64,000 nt of DNA. Origin: a virus. A program made the position numbers and the translations under genes. The stretch lies in the IMG/VR virus record IMGVR_UViG_3300028883_000033, positions 32,001 through 96,000 of that record. One strand, written 5' to 3'. The stretch's first letter is position 1. Each line of letters begins with the position of its first letter. Below the pieces are notes generated by a model. It saw nothing but the letters and a program-made list of their open reading frames with translations, was not told where the DNA came from and made no database searches. Shown here in pieces: positions 39,384-49,676 of this stretch.

Positions 39384-42300
39384 ATGGCAAGATTTAATTT
39401 TAGGCACGGGATTGCGCGTAGACAGCAAGATAGCAACAACAATCCCAATAACCTTCAGCCATCGAACGGCGGTTCATACGTTGACTTAATCGTATCACCA
39501 GATCCTACAGCCTTTCTAATTGCACACTTCGATGTCGACTACCTGGTAACTGAAAACGCCACAGTAGCAAAGGCATGGGGTCCATTTACGTCCGGAACGG
39601 ATTACTGGCTGTATTGGGATGTTGATTTTCAAACAGGTGCTCTATCTCGTGGATACACGACATTAGAACCTGAATTTGGGGCAGTGCCCCCATCTTCACC
39701 TGCTCCGGATCAACACTGGTTTGACACATCTGCGGTCGTGCAGAAAGTATGGACAGGCAGTTCGTGGATTGAAAAATTACGGGTATTTGCAGCAAAATAC
39801 CAAAGCGGTACCACGCTAATTTATTATCCGTTAGGGACACAGGTTGGGATTAGTGGCGGCGCCGTATTCGCTGGTAAAATTCTTTTTGACCCCGATCTCA
39901 ACCCGCTGCAGAAGTTCCAGCGGAACCGTCGCGGTCAATTCATTACAACAGAAACTGACCTGAACTCTCAGTTTAACCGAATTTCTAACTTTCGTGTTGA
40001 AGCTGCCGTTGTTCAGGGCGAGGCACAAGAAAACATTCCGATTCACCACGCGGTGAGTTTAAATAATTACGATACGCTAGTCCTTGCTGATCATGATAAT
40101 TCCAATCGACCAGCCATTGGTGTTGCGACCGAAGATATGTTCACGGGCGAAGTTCGTTCGTACATCACTAAGGGATTCCTCACTGATGAAGTTAATTGGG
40201 ATTGGTCGGCGTACCCAGCACAAACGGGTATCTTCCTTGGAGCTGCCGGTGAACTGGTAGCAGAACCAGACCCCCTCGTCTACCATCAGCAATTACTTGG
40301 TTATATCGTAAACCGCAACACGGTTTTCATTAACATTGAGCAGGCAATTGCTCTCGAACCGCCTGCTCAGCAGAATGAATTAGCGGTCGTAACCGACAGA
40401 AACACTGGTAAGAAAGTCGGCCGCCGGATTCCTCGGTTCCTTGAAGACCTTCAAAACGTTGATATCGCCAATCCACAAGATGGTGATGTTATCATTTGGG
40501 ATTCGAATACTAATACGTGGGTATTACAATCGAATTGTTGTGGTGGTGGAAGTGGTAGCCCTCAATCACTAAATGACCTTTCTGACGTAACCGCTGTTCC
40601 TGCTGTTGATGGATATGTTCTAGTTTACCGATCAGGTTCGCCTGGTGGGTGGGTAGCTGAACCATCAACAACAACAGATGAATTTGTAAGAGCATCCAGC
40701 ACGGATACTACAACAGGTCACCTCAACTCGAAGTTGGTGGCGGGAACTGGTATCAGTTTGAACTTATTGAATTCGGGCGGCAATGAACAGTTTGAAATTG
40801 CTCTTAGTGGTGGTGTTCCTGGTGCAGCAAGCGCCGGGCTATTTGTCACTGGTGTCTCTTCACCTGGTGGCGGCATCGTAAGTGACTTCGCCTACGTTCC
40901 AGGAACTGTTCCTTCGAACACCGTTTTGCTAGAAGCCACTTCCGATCAAGAAACAGTTCGCATCGAATTTATCGTTGAAGGAGATCAGTCCTTCTATTCA
41001 CCAACGGTCATTGTTGATGTTCCGACAGGAACGCCGGCGATTGGTGATAATGTGATAGCTACATTGACTCAAGATCCTCAAGATATTCGAACCTTCCACG
41101 GATACGCGGATATCAATATCGCTGATGGTCTAACGGCCGGCCGTATGGTTTATTTGGAAGCATCGCACGGTGCAACCGCATCGGTGTTGATCAAACGCGC
41201 GCCTGAAGCACCACAGATTCAAACGATGACGTTCAGTAGTGTATATCCTACAGTCGCTGCTGATCCAACATCAGGATATCCGGGTGGAACACAAACAACA
41301 ATTAAATCTGGAGATGTGTTCTATGTTTCAGGATCGGTGGACAACTCAGCTACACTAGTCGCCCTCAATACTGGTGGTGCTGTTGGTGGTGGAACATATA
41401 CTACTGCAACGGCTGGCGGCAACCTAGGTGCTATTGATTCCGCCGGTGCTGGTTATCGGACGTTCCTAATTCGATTCAACGCGAGTTCTGCCTCGGGCGT
41501 TCAGACTGCAACTGCAGAAGCGCAGAACAGTTTCGGTTCGTGGGGTAATCCATTTGTTACCACAAACAATGTGGTTATGGATCAGATATCTCCAAGCGTT
41601 AGCATCGGTTCGGTAAACTATCCAACACTTCAAAGTGCATTAAAATTGTCTGAGAGTGCTACCGTTACAAACACGGTATCAGGACAAGACTATGTGTATT
41701 ATTATGAAAATGGCGGTGCAGGATTCATCGACATCTCCAATCCAATAACATACGAAGCATCTAAAACAGTTACTCGTATAGGTGGTAATTACGTATACAA
41801 CGGGAACAATTTTGCTATTAAAGCATATAAGACATCGAATGGAACAACGACTACTGTTGCTACTGGGGATGTTAATATTTCTAATGTTGCACCATCTGTT
41901 GCAATCTCAGGCGCGACGATGAGATTGGTTTCTAGCCCGTCTGGCGAAAACTACGCGATTACATTGACATTCACGCAGCGGTTGCGCCAAGCACCTACGA
42001 TTGCGTCTAGTGGTGATACTACTGCTGGGGATCGTGGTTCTTGGAGCGGATCTGGCGATACTTGGTCGTTTACTCTAACTGTTGATGATGCGGATGTTAA
42101 GGGCACATATACGTGGGTAGTAAACAACGTTAATACGTTGTCCAACAATACCTACAATAACATAATCATTACCTCTGGCGTATCGTATGAGATTGGTGGA
42201 TTTACTACTCGTCTTGTTACTGTCGGCGCTCTTGAACAAGTTGTTGATCTTAATGTTGATATCACGGATCCATCAAAAGTTACCGTTAAGTATGCTGGAA

Positions 42301-42539
42301 CGACAGACAATTTGACGTATCGTGCTTCAGATCTATCACAGTTCCAGAAGGGATGGTCGACTGTCGATGATACACAGTTGGTATACACCCCAGGAGCAGA
42401 ACCGTTCCCGAACTGGTCAAATTTTGTATTCCAAGATGCGACCGTAACACCATCAAGTTGGTTATTCTTAACGGACGCCGCGTTCGCGGGGTCGAATACA
42501 ACCGGAACGTTACAACTTGAAATAGGGGAGGCTGCATAA
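39384..42539 (+). CDS. Virion fibre/decoration protein (1051 aa)
   Basis: DQHWFDT module, cement-like segment (PAIGVA...TKG...IFLGAAG), LxDLxDV repeats, Ig-like C-terminal half. Confidence 0.65.
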   Translation: MARFNFRHGIARRQQDSNNNPNNLQPSNGGSYVDLIVSPDPTAFLIAHFDVDYLVTENATVAKAWGPFTSGTDYWLYWDVDFQTGALSRGYTTLEPEFGAVPPSSPAPDQHWFDTSAVVQKVWTGSSWIEKLRVFAAKYQSGTTLIYYPLGTQVGISGGAVFAGKILFDPDLNPLQKFQRNRRGQFITTETDLNSQFNRISNFRVEAAVVQGEAQENIPIHHAVSLNNYDTLVLADHDNSNRPAIGVATEDMFTGEVRSYITKGFLTDEVNWDWSAYPAQTGIFLGAAGELVAEPDPLVYHQQLLGYIVNRNTVFINIEQAIALEPPAQQNELAVVTDRNTGKKVGRRIPRFLEDLQNVDIANPQDGDVIIWDSNTNTWVLQSNCCGGGSGSPQSLNDLSDVTAVPAVDGYVLVYRSGSPGGWVAEPSTTTDEFVRASSTDTTTGHLNSKLVAGTGISLNLLNSGGNEQFEIALSGGVPGAASAGLFVTGVSSPGGGIVSDFAYVPGTVPSNTVLLEATSDQETVRIEFIVEGDQSFYSPTVIVDVPTGTPAIGDNVIATLTQDPQDIRTFHGYADINIADGLTAGRMVYLEASHGATASVLIKRAPEAPQIQTMTFSSVYPTVAADPTSGYPGGTQTTIKSGDVFYVSGSVDNSATLVALNTGGAVGGGTYTTATAGGNLGAIDSAGAGYRTFLIRFNASSASGVQTATAEAQNSFGSWGNPFVTTNNVVMDQISPSVSIGSVNYPTLQSALKLSESATVTNTVSGQDYVYYYENGGAGFIDISNPITYEASKTVTRIGGNYVYNGNNFAIKAYKTSNGTTTTVATGDVNISNVAPSVAISGATMRLVSSPSGENYAITLTFTQRLRQAPTIASSGDTTAGDRGSWSGSGDTWSFTLTVDDADVKGTYTWVVNNVNTLSNNTYNNIIITSGVSYEIGGFTTRLVTVGALEQVVDLNVDITDPSKVTVKYAGTTDNLTYRASDLSQFQKGWSTVDDTQLVYTPGAEPFPNWSNFVFQDATVTPSSWLFLTDAAFAGSNTTGTLQLEIGEAA

Positions 42540-42958
42540 TGAGTGCTTTTGAAGACTTCATTCAGGTAGAACTTCCTCGTCGCCCTTGGACGGTGGATGA
42601 TCCAGCACAGGAAACAGTTCCAGTCCGCCGTGGCGCAGGCCCCCGTCAGTTGGAATTCGTTGAGCTGTTGGACGGCCAGGTGCTTGGTAAAGTTGGTGGC
42701 GTCGTACAAGGTATCACAATCCCGGGGTTGGGTAGTGATTTAATTCCTAAGAGCTACATTCACATAGAGGATCCTCTTCCTTCAGCGCTGTGGACTATTA
42801 CTCATAATTTGGATTCGGAAGATTTTGTTATCTACGTTACCAATGCTGATGGAAATCAGATAATTCCGAATGAAATAGCTACTTTGGATGCTAACACCGT
42901 GTTGGTAGATTTTAATGTTCCAATCACAGGAAAGGCTGTGATGGTATTTGCATCATAA
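42539..42958 (+). CDS. Small fibre-associated protein
   Basis: WTITHNL...IIP...DANTV...F...G domain shared with C-terminus of 43882-47580. Confidence 0.65.
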   Translation: MSAFEDFIQVELPRRPWTVDDPAQETVPVRRGAGPRQLEFVELLDGQVLGKVGGVVQGITIPGLGSDLIPKSYIHIEDPLPSALWTITHNLDSEDFVIYVTNADGNQIIPNEIATLDANTVLVDFNVPITGKAVMVFAS

Positions 42959-42967
42959 TATAAGCGT

Positions 42968-43414
42968 ATGAATAATAAGTATCTTAGATTATTTGTTGCA
43001 TTAACGAAATTAATGGCTGCGGAAAAAATGCGGTTGGATCGTTATTGTCAGCGCGGCGAGTACCTTGCTTATAAAGTTGCATTGCCACCAGACCCATCCG
43101 TTGTTATTGAACACGCAGACGACGTGAAGTTTGTGTTTGATGTTGAGTTGGAAACGACACAATATCATTTCACTGATGATGCCTTTGACAGTGATTCGTT
43201 TGTGTTATTCGAACAACACTTATCGACTTATCTGAATGAACTATTTCAGCGAAAAACGGACTTTGAACAGCAGAATCAAATGTTCAGGGCTGTGATGAAA
43301 AAAATACATTCTGAGTTGACGGAAGAAGAACAACAGTGTTTAGCAACAAACATAGACGCAAATACACCAACGGTTCTCAAAGAACTTGGCGTAATAACCG
43401 AAGAAAAATTTTAA
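42968..43414 (+). CDS. Hypothetical protein
   Basis: 148-aa ORF filling gap; no recognisable motif. Confidence 0.55.
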   Translation: MNNKYLRLFVALTKLMAAEKMRLDRYCQRGEYLAYKVALPPDPSVVIEHADDVKFVFDVELETTQYHFTDDAFDSDSFVLFEQHLSTYLNELFQRKTDFEQQNQMFRAVMKKIHSELTEEEQQCLATNIDANTPTVLKELGVITEEKF

Positions 43415-43483
43415 TTTGATAAATATAAAATGCGAAAATCACCGGTGGGTGAGTCGTCATTGATACCACAAATAGGGATTGAG

Positions 43484-43714
43484 ATGAAAGATTACAAGAC
43501 AACTGATATCATTTTAGCTGCTTGCTTACGGCTGAGCGGATATGATATGACTGACATTGAGTTGAATGGGACGAAGGGAACGTTCTGTTTTGATGGTGTA
43601 GATGATAATTTTATCCAGGATTATGATCTTGGAAAATGCCGCGTCGAACCTGTTGCTTTTAACAATGCTATCAAACAGTTAACAACATCAGTGCGTAGAA
43701 TGACGCGTGGGTAA
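43484..43714 (+). CDS. DUF5659-like small protein
   Basis: YKTTDIILAACL..SGY...FCF...VEP..F pattern; second ATG preferred; GATAAATA at 43418-43425. Confidence 0.55.
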   Translation: MKDYKTTDIILAACLRLSGYDMTDIELNGTKGTFCFDGVDDNFIQDYDLGKCRVEPVAFNNAIKQLTTSVRRMTRG

Positions 43715-43793
43715 AACCCTGAATTTTATAACCCTATAAAACATAGCTAAAACAATAGGTTATATCCTCTTTAAAACGGCCGTTTTTGACCAT

Positions 43794-43801
43794 AATAAAT
43801 A
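43794..43801 (+). promoter_or_regulatory. Late promoter AATAAATA
   Basis: Upstream of 1232-aa fibre gene. Confidence 0.55.
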
Positions 43802-43881
43802 TAAGCGTTGAGAAACACAGTATTCAAAAGAATGCGACAATAAACAACTAACTCAAAAATTCTACCTAGGGAGAGTTAAAC

Positions 43882-46800
43882 ATGAAAATTAATGGACATT
43901 TAGAGTTCCACGTACCAGGTGGCCTATCGTCAGACGGTCAGATTAAGAACGCGATTATCGAAGTTCTGTCTGAAGCGCCTGCGACTGGTGCACAGCGTGG
44001 TCGTATCTACTACAACGACGGTCTGACGACCCCAGCCGACAAAGGCTACTGGTACCACGACGGTTCTACATGGGTGAAGTTCGCTTCTGGCGGCAACACC
44101 GCAAGTTTGCAGAATGAGATCGATGCAATCGAACTTACTATCGGAGACATGATCAACTCCGACGGAACTGCAAACACAGCAAATATGAATGCGCTGACTA
44201 ACGTCACTGGCGCAAACGATCTTTCTGACGTTCTGACGCAGTTGGACGCAGCAATCTCTAGTTCTAACGAACTGAGTGAGTTGGATGATGTTACCATCAC
44301 CGGTGCAGCAGATGGGAATATCCTATACTACGATAATGGTGAATGGGTCAACGGAGCTCCTGGTGCGACTTCTGGCGTTCAGCCATATGACGCAGGTCTG
44401 GCTAACTTGGCGACTGGTGGTTCTGGCATTGTTGTTATGGATGGTGACACTGTTTCCTTCCGTACCCTAACCGCATCAACAGCTAACGATGAACTTGGTC
44501 TGTCAATCACCAACGGCAGTGGCGTTGGCGGCCAGCCTACAATTGGTCTTGACGTTGTTGGCCTGACAGCCGTTGGCGCAGCTCCTGCTGACGACGATGC
44601 GTTGTTCATCTATGACTTGTCTACAACGACAAACAAAAAAGTTACAGTTGCTAACTTGAAATCGGCGATGGTTGGTGCTAACGCACTTGGCGATCTGTCT
44701 GACGTAACTGACGCAGCTACTGGTTCTCTGGTAACTGACGACAAATACTTCTTCAACGCAACTGGCGCTTCTGCATACGAAGTTACAGCAGCTACCCTTG
44801 GTGCTCTGAACAACGTTGCAGATGGTGTTGACTCTGCTACAACTGAAGACGTTCTGGCATTCGACGGTACACAGTGGACTGCAATCACTGTTGCTACAAT
44901 GATCGGAGATGCAAATCTGGCTGATCTTGGTGATGTTAGCATGGTTGGTTCTCCAGCTCCTGCTGACGGTGACGTTCTGCAGTACAACTCTGGCTCCGGT
45001 AACTGGGAAAATGCTTCCCTGACAGGTGCAGGCGCAGCAATGCCTTACGATGCAGGCCTGGCAGCTCTTGCAGCAGCTGGTACTGGTATCGTTTCTATGG
45101 ACGGTGACAATGTTTACTTCCGCACACTGACAGCTTCCGCTGCAGCTGGCCTGGAAGGTATCAATGTTGTTAACGCTGATGGTACAGGCGGCAATCCAAC
45201 CATCGGTATCAACATCGATACGCTGACCGACGGGGGCGTCCCAGCTTCTACTGAGAAGGTCATGGTCTTCGATGGCACTAACAACGTTACTGCTACCATC
45301 GCACAGTTGGCTGATGCTGTTATTGCAACCGACATCAACCTGAACGACCTTGCTGATGTTACAGCCGCTGGTTCAACTTCTGGTACTGGTTACATCCTGG
45401 TTGGTGATGGTGCTGGTGGTTATTCTGTTGACGAAGTAACTCCTTCTGCTCCTACAAACTTTGTGGAAGCTGTTCAGGACATGATTGGTACATTCATCGT
45501 TGATGGTACTGATACAACTGTAAACTATGCAGATGGTTCCAACACGCTAGCGATTAACGTCGATGATGTTTTCCTACGTAATACTGGCGATACGCTAGAT
45601 AGCGGTGTTCTGACAGTTGCTTCTGGTGCACAGATCACGATTGCAACAGGCGGTAAACTGGTCATCACAGACGCTCCTGTTGATCCTACTGATGCAGCTA
45701 ATAAAGCATATGTTGATTCAGCTGTTGAAGGTCTGCAGACACGTCGTTCGGTTCACGCTGCTTCTACTGGTAACTTAGCCGGTACATTCACAGCAGGTTC
45801 TGGTTCTCCATGGGCAGGCGCTACCTTAGTTGTTGCTTCTGGTTCACCAACATTTGACGGTGAAACACTAGTAATCGGCAACCGCGTTCTGTTGAAAGAT
45901 CAGACTGCCGCTGAAGAGAATGGTATTTGGTATCTGTCCGCAGGTACTGGTTCGCCAATCAACGGCTACACTCTGACTCGTTGTGATTGTACTGATGAAA
46001 GCGATGAGGTTTCTGGTGCATACACGTTCGTTGAATCTGGTAACACCTACGCGAACACTGGTTGGGTTCTGGCTGTTGACGATCCTGACACGTTCGATAT
46101 CGACAGTGATCCTATCACCGCAATCCAGTTCTCTGGTGCAGGTTCATTCACTGCAGGTGATGGTTTGGGTCAGCTTGGCACAGAAATCTTCCTGGAAATT
46201 GGTGACCTAACAAGTGCAACGATCACATTGGCTGATGGTATTGCGTTTGACGATTCATCTGTTACCGCATCTGGTAATGATGGCGCAACTCGCTACACCA
46301 CAGTTCAGCAGTTCCTCGACGATCTGGATATCCTGACCGGCGACGCTGGTGGTAATGCTATCACAGCATCTGACGGTGTTCTGATCTCTGGCCAGGATGT
46401 TCAGTTGGACATCAACGGTCTGTCTGATCTGGCAACCACAGCTGATGACTACATGGTGTTTGCTGATTATGTCGCCGGTTCTCCTGCTACATACAACAAT
46501 CACATCAAGCGTACTGTTGCGGACTTCTTGACTGATCATAACATCGTTACATCTACGGGTGGTGGTGCTCTGACTGGTTCTGATGGTATCGTTATCGACG
46601 GTTCTTCCGTGCAGATGGATATCGGTGCTCTGTCAGCTGCAGCAATCGTTAGTTCTGACGTTCTGGTATTCAACGATGGTAACATCTCAGGTGCTGGTGC
46701 AACTCACGCTAAGATCACTGCTGCTAACTTCCTGGCTCAGTTGAATGTCGTTAATGGCATCGCTGGCACAGGTCTGGTTGCAGTAACTGATGCAACATCT

Positions 46801-47580
46801 GGTGCACAGGTAATGACTAACCGTTCAATCGTTGCTTCTGCTGATAACGATCAGCTGGGTATCGAAATTGTTAATGGTAACGCAGTATCTGGTAACCCAG
46901 AAGTTGGTCTGGACATCGCTGGTCGCACAGCTCTAGGTGCAGCTCCTGCATCTGGTGACCTGTTCATGGTCTATGATCTGGACGTTACCACAAACAAGAG
47001 CGTCACAATGGCGAACTTGGCATCTGGTATCCAGGGTCTGACTGATCTGACTGATCTGGGTGATGTTGATACGACTGGTGTTACCAACGGTAACATTCTG
47101 ACGTACAGCGGTGGAACTTGGGTCGATGGTACTGACGAGTGGACCATTTCTGATGGTGTTGGTTCTACCAACATCGGTCTGGGCGACACAATGACTCTGG
47201 CAGAGGGCCCAGGTTCTGACTTCACTGTCGCAGTTGATGCTTCTAGCTCAACTGTAACTCTTGAAGTTTCTGGTGCAACCACGGCTCTGTCCGATGTTTC
47301 ATCTGATGTTGCAGATGTTGGTCAGGCGCTGGTTCATGATGGTGTTGAGTATAAGCCTGTTAAGTTCCACGCGGTTGAGCCTGGTACAGGTACAACTTGG
47401 GTTATTTCACATAACTTGGACCAGCAGTATGTTAACGTAACAGTTGTGGATGATAACGATCAGGTTATTATTCCTCAGTCTATTACAATGACAGACGCTA
47501 ACACAGTTACAATTACGTTCAACACCTCGGTTGATGGATTCGCGATCTGCACAGGTTGCCGTATCACAGTAGGATCGTAA
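43882..47580 (+). CDS. Long fibre protein (1232 aa)
   Basis: G/A/T/D-rich; LxDLxDV repeats; DAANKAYVD; NRVLLKDQT..ENGIW domain; strong RBS and own terminator. Confidence 0.8.
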   Translation: MKINGHLEFHVPGGLSSDGQIKNAIIEVLSEAPATGAQRGRIYYNDGLTTPADKGYWYHDGSTWVKFASGGNTASLQNEIDAIELTIGDMINSDGTANTANMNALTNVTGANDLSDVLTQLDAAISSSNELSELDDVTITGAADGNILYYDNGEWVNGAPGATSGVQPYDAGLANLATGGSGIVVMDGDTVSFRTLTASTANDELGLSITNGSGVGGQPTIGLDVVGLTAVGAAPADDDALFIYDLSTTTNKKVTVANLKSAMVGANALGDLSDVTDAATGSLVTDDKYFFNATGASAYEVTAATLGALNNVADGVDSATTEDVLAFDGTQWTAITVATMIGDANLADLGDVSMVGSPAPADGDVLQYNSGSGNWENASLTGAGAAMPYDAGLAALAAAGTGIVSMDGDNVYFRTLTASAAAGLEGINVVNADGTGGNPTIGINIDTLTDGGVPASTEKVMVFDGTNNVTATIAQLADAVIATDINLNDLADVTAAGSTSGTGYILVGDGAGGYSVDEVTPSAPTNFVEAVQDMIGTFIVDGTDTTVNYADGSNTLAINVDDVFLRNTGDTLDSGVLTVASGAQITIATGGKLVITDAPVDPTDAANKAYVDSAVEGLQTRRSVHAASTGNLAGTFTAGSGSPWAGATLVVASGSPTFDGETLVIGNRVLLKDQTAAEENGIWYLSAGTGSPINGYTLTRCDCTDESDEVSGAYTFVESGNTYANTGWVLAVDDPDTFDIDSDPITAIQFSGAGSFTAGDGLGQLGTEIFLEIGDLTSATITLADGIAFDDSSVTASGNDGATRYTTVQQFLDDLDILTGDAGGNAITASDGVLISGQDVQLDINGLSDLATTADDYMVFADYVAGSPATYNNHIKRTVADFLTDHNIVTSTGGGALTGSDGIVIDGSSVQMDIGALSAAAIVSSDVLVFNDGNISGAGATHAKITAANFLAQLNVVNGIAGTGLVAVTDATSGAQVMTNRSIVASADNDQLGIEIVNGNAVSGNPEVGLDIAGRTALGAAPASGDLFMVYDLDVTTNKSVTMANLASGIQGLTDLTDLGDVDTTGVTNGNILTYSGGTWVDGTDEWTISDGVGSTNIGLGDTMTLAEGPGSDFTVAVDASSSTVTLEVSGATTALSDVSSDVADVGQALVHDGVEYKPVKFHAVEPGTGTTWVISHNLDQQYVNVTVVDDNDQVIIPQSITMTDANTVTITFNTSVDGFAICTGCRITVGS

Positions 47581-47616
47581 TAAAGCTGTAAACCAATCCT
47601 AATGTAAATTAGGATG

Positions 47617-47642
47617 AAAAGGGGGCTTCGGCCCCCTTTTTT
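47617..47642 (+). terminator. Intrinsic terminator
   Basis: AAAAGGGGGC-TTCG-GCCCCCTTTTTT. Confidence 0.92.
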
Positions 47643-47661
47643 ATGCCCCATATCCCGTAAA

Positions 47662-47687
47662 CATAAATAGTTACAACAGCATAAATA
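47662..47687 (+). promoter_or_regulatory. Tandem late promoters (CATAAATA x2)
   Basis: 47662-47669 and 47680-47687. Confidence 0.65.
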
Positions 47688-47718
47688 CTGTATATCTGAA
47701 TATCAGGAGCTTGAAACA

Positions 47719-48963
47719 ATGGCAAAAGATTTATTTTCCACTACCGTCAAAGGACATGTTAACATCCGGGATGACCTGGGTAATGTTCTTCTTGACAAGG
47801 GTAACGCAGTCCATCCCCAAAACATGGCTCGCGTTATTGCACGTGCTCTGTCAAATGAAAATAATTACCACATTCACCGCATTGCTTTCGGTAACGGTGG
47901 TACGCTGACAGACGCTGCATACACGATTACATATAACACTCCTAATGACGGTCAGCCGCCTGATGTAAGTACTTGGGACTCTCGTTTGTATAATGAGACA
48001 TACAGTGAAATCATCGATGAAGGCACCCCTACTCTGAATCCGGAATTGGGCACCGACCCAGGTTCTGCTGGTCCAAATGCAGGCACTCGTCCAGGCGGCG
48101 GCGCTGATCCTTCTGGTGATCCAGCTTCAATTCCACACGTTTCTGGCCCAGGCGTTCGTAGTAATGAACTTGGCTTGACGTCTGAAGTTGTTATCACAGC
48201 GGTTCTAAACCCAGGTGAGCCTACAGGTCAGTTTAGCTCAGATAACCAAGCTCCTTCTGAGTATACTGAATCTTCATTCACCTTCGATGAAATCGGCCTT
48301 TATACTACCGGTGCTCCTGCTATCGATTCTAACGGTTCTCAGGACGTTGATGTCAGTAACCGCACATCTGAAGATGATACAGGTTTGTCAGGTTCAACCC
48401 CATATGACTTTACCATTTCTATCGATGGTGGTGCTGCACAGAACATCTGGTTCCAGACCCCAGCGGGTGGTTCAGGTCCAGGAGGCGAAATCCTCTATGG
48501 TGATTTGTGTGAAGCAATCAACACTGGCGCTGCGGGATGGACTTTCCATGTTGGCGGGCCTCCAGGCACGGGTACTCCAGTAACTGGCTCTAGCCCACTT
48601 CCTGGCGTTGGAACAACGGTTTCAATCACAGATAACACACTAGCGTTTCCATCAATCACAGCATCACAGACGTTTGGTTACTTACGTTTCACTAGTGGTT
48701 CAACGGGAGCTACTTCAACAGTTCTGTTGACAAATGGTTCTGTTAATGACATGTTTGCAGCTCTAAACCCACCAACTGGTGGAACGCTGCTAACACCCGA
48801 AGATGGCGAAGATGCCGGCGTTCAAAACGATCCAGTTAATCCTTTAACTGAGCGTGAGCGTTTGCTGACTCACATCATTTTCTCTCCGGTACTCAAGTCT
48901 GCTAACCGTACACTGACTATTACGTACACACTAACAGTATCGGTCGCTCGTACGCAATCATAA
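47719..48963 (+). CDS. Baseplate/tail-collar structural protein with internal insertion
   Basis: GHVNIRD..NAVH, IAFGNGG, FDEIGLY, LLTHIIFSPVLKSANR..ITYTL. Confidence 0.65.
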   Translation: MAKDLFSTTVKGHVNIRDDLGNVLLDKGNAVHPQNMARVIARALSNENNYHIHRIAFGNGGTLTDAAYTITYNTPNDGQPPDVSTWDSRLYNETYSEIIDEGTPTLNPELGTDPGSAGPNAGTRPGGGADPSGDPASIPHVSGPGVRSNELGLTSEVVITAVLNPGEPTGQFSSDNQAPSEYTESSFTFDEIGLYTTGAPAIDSNGSQDVDVSNRTSEDDTGLSGSTPYDFTISIDGGAAQNIWFQTPAGGSGPGGEILYGDLCEAINTGAAGWTFHVGGPPGTGTPVTGSSPLPGVGTTVSITDNTLAFPSITASQTFGYLRFTSGSTGATSTVLLTNGSVNDMFAALNPPTGGTLLTPEDGEDAGVQNDPVNPLTERERLLTHIIFSPVLKSANRTLTITYTLTVSVARTQS

Positions 48964-48992
48964 TAAAGAGTTAAGTTGTTTCTCTCCAAAAG

Positions 48993-49019
48993 AAAAGGCC
49001 CGCTTTAGCGGGCCTTTTT
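48993..49019. terminator. Bidirectional intrinsic terminator between convergent genes
   Basis: AAAAGGCCCGC-TTTA-GCGGGCCTTTTT. Confidence 0.9.
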
Positions 49020-49048
49020 ATTTCCTATCGTATTACTAAGGGAGTTGC

Positions 49049-49588
49049 TTATTCAGCGGACTTCTTTGTTGTACGACGCTTTGGCGCAGGAGCTGGAGCT
49101 TCTGCGGCAGCTGGAGCAGGGGCAGGTGCCGCCTGTGTGCCACGAATAGCAGCAGCTGCAGCATCGGCAGCCGCATTTGCAGCGGCCCGAGCTGCGATCT
49201 GAGCCTGTTCTTCCATAGCAGCGCGTGCCTCTTTACCGCGAGTATCAATAATACCTTCAGTACCGATAACACCTTCACGTGGTCTCATGCGCTTACCGTT
49301 AGGGGTAATCAGTTCAACGAGCTGGTGGAAGTAGGTTAGGGCATTAACGCCGTTATTCAGTGTAATCTGACTCATCAGATCCCAAAGCTCGAACGTGTTT
49401 GCGTTGCGGTTAGAAAGGATACGTGCAAGACGTCCTTTATCAATCTTATCCAGAGCGTTCAGTGGAAAGAAATAAATGTTACCAAGGCCGTCCTTTTTCA
49501 TAACGGCACATTCAGTGTATATACCGTCATTGGCAAGGTCAATCCAAAACAGATGCGGCATATTTCCAGGTTGCATACTTACGGCCAT
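49049..49588 (-). CDS. Hypothetical protein with Ala/Pro-rich tail
   Basis: Start revised to ATG 49588 (GGAGA RBS; TAAATA at 49635-49640). Confidence 0.7.
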   Translation of the reverse strand: MAVSMQPGNMPHLFWIDLANDGIYTECAVMKKDGLGNIYFFPLNALDKIDKGRLARILSNRNANTFELWDLMSQITLNNGVNALTYFHQLVELITPNGKRMRPREGVIGTEGIIDTRGKEARAAMEEQAQIAARAAANAAADAAAAAIRGTQAAPAPAPAAAEAPAPAPKRRTTKKSAE

Positions 49589-49676
49589 CGTAAAATCTCC
49601 TATGTTTGTTATTATACAATTGGTTCGTTGGAAATATTTACGGTCGAACTTTAGGTGGGTAACCAATCAATTTGGG

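Noticed and set aside
39384-47580. Diversity-generating retroelement or invertible fibre cassette
   Set aside because: No reverse transcriptase or invertase; shared domains are diverged at all bases, not adenine-specific
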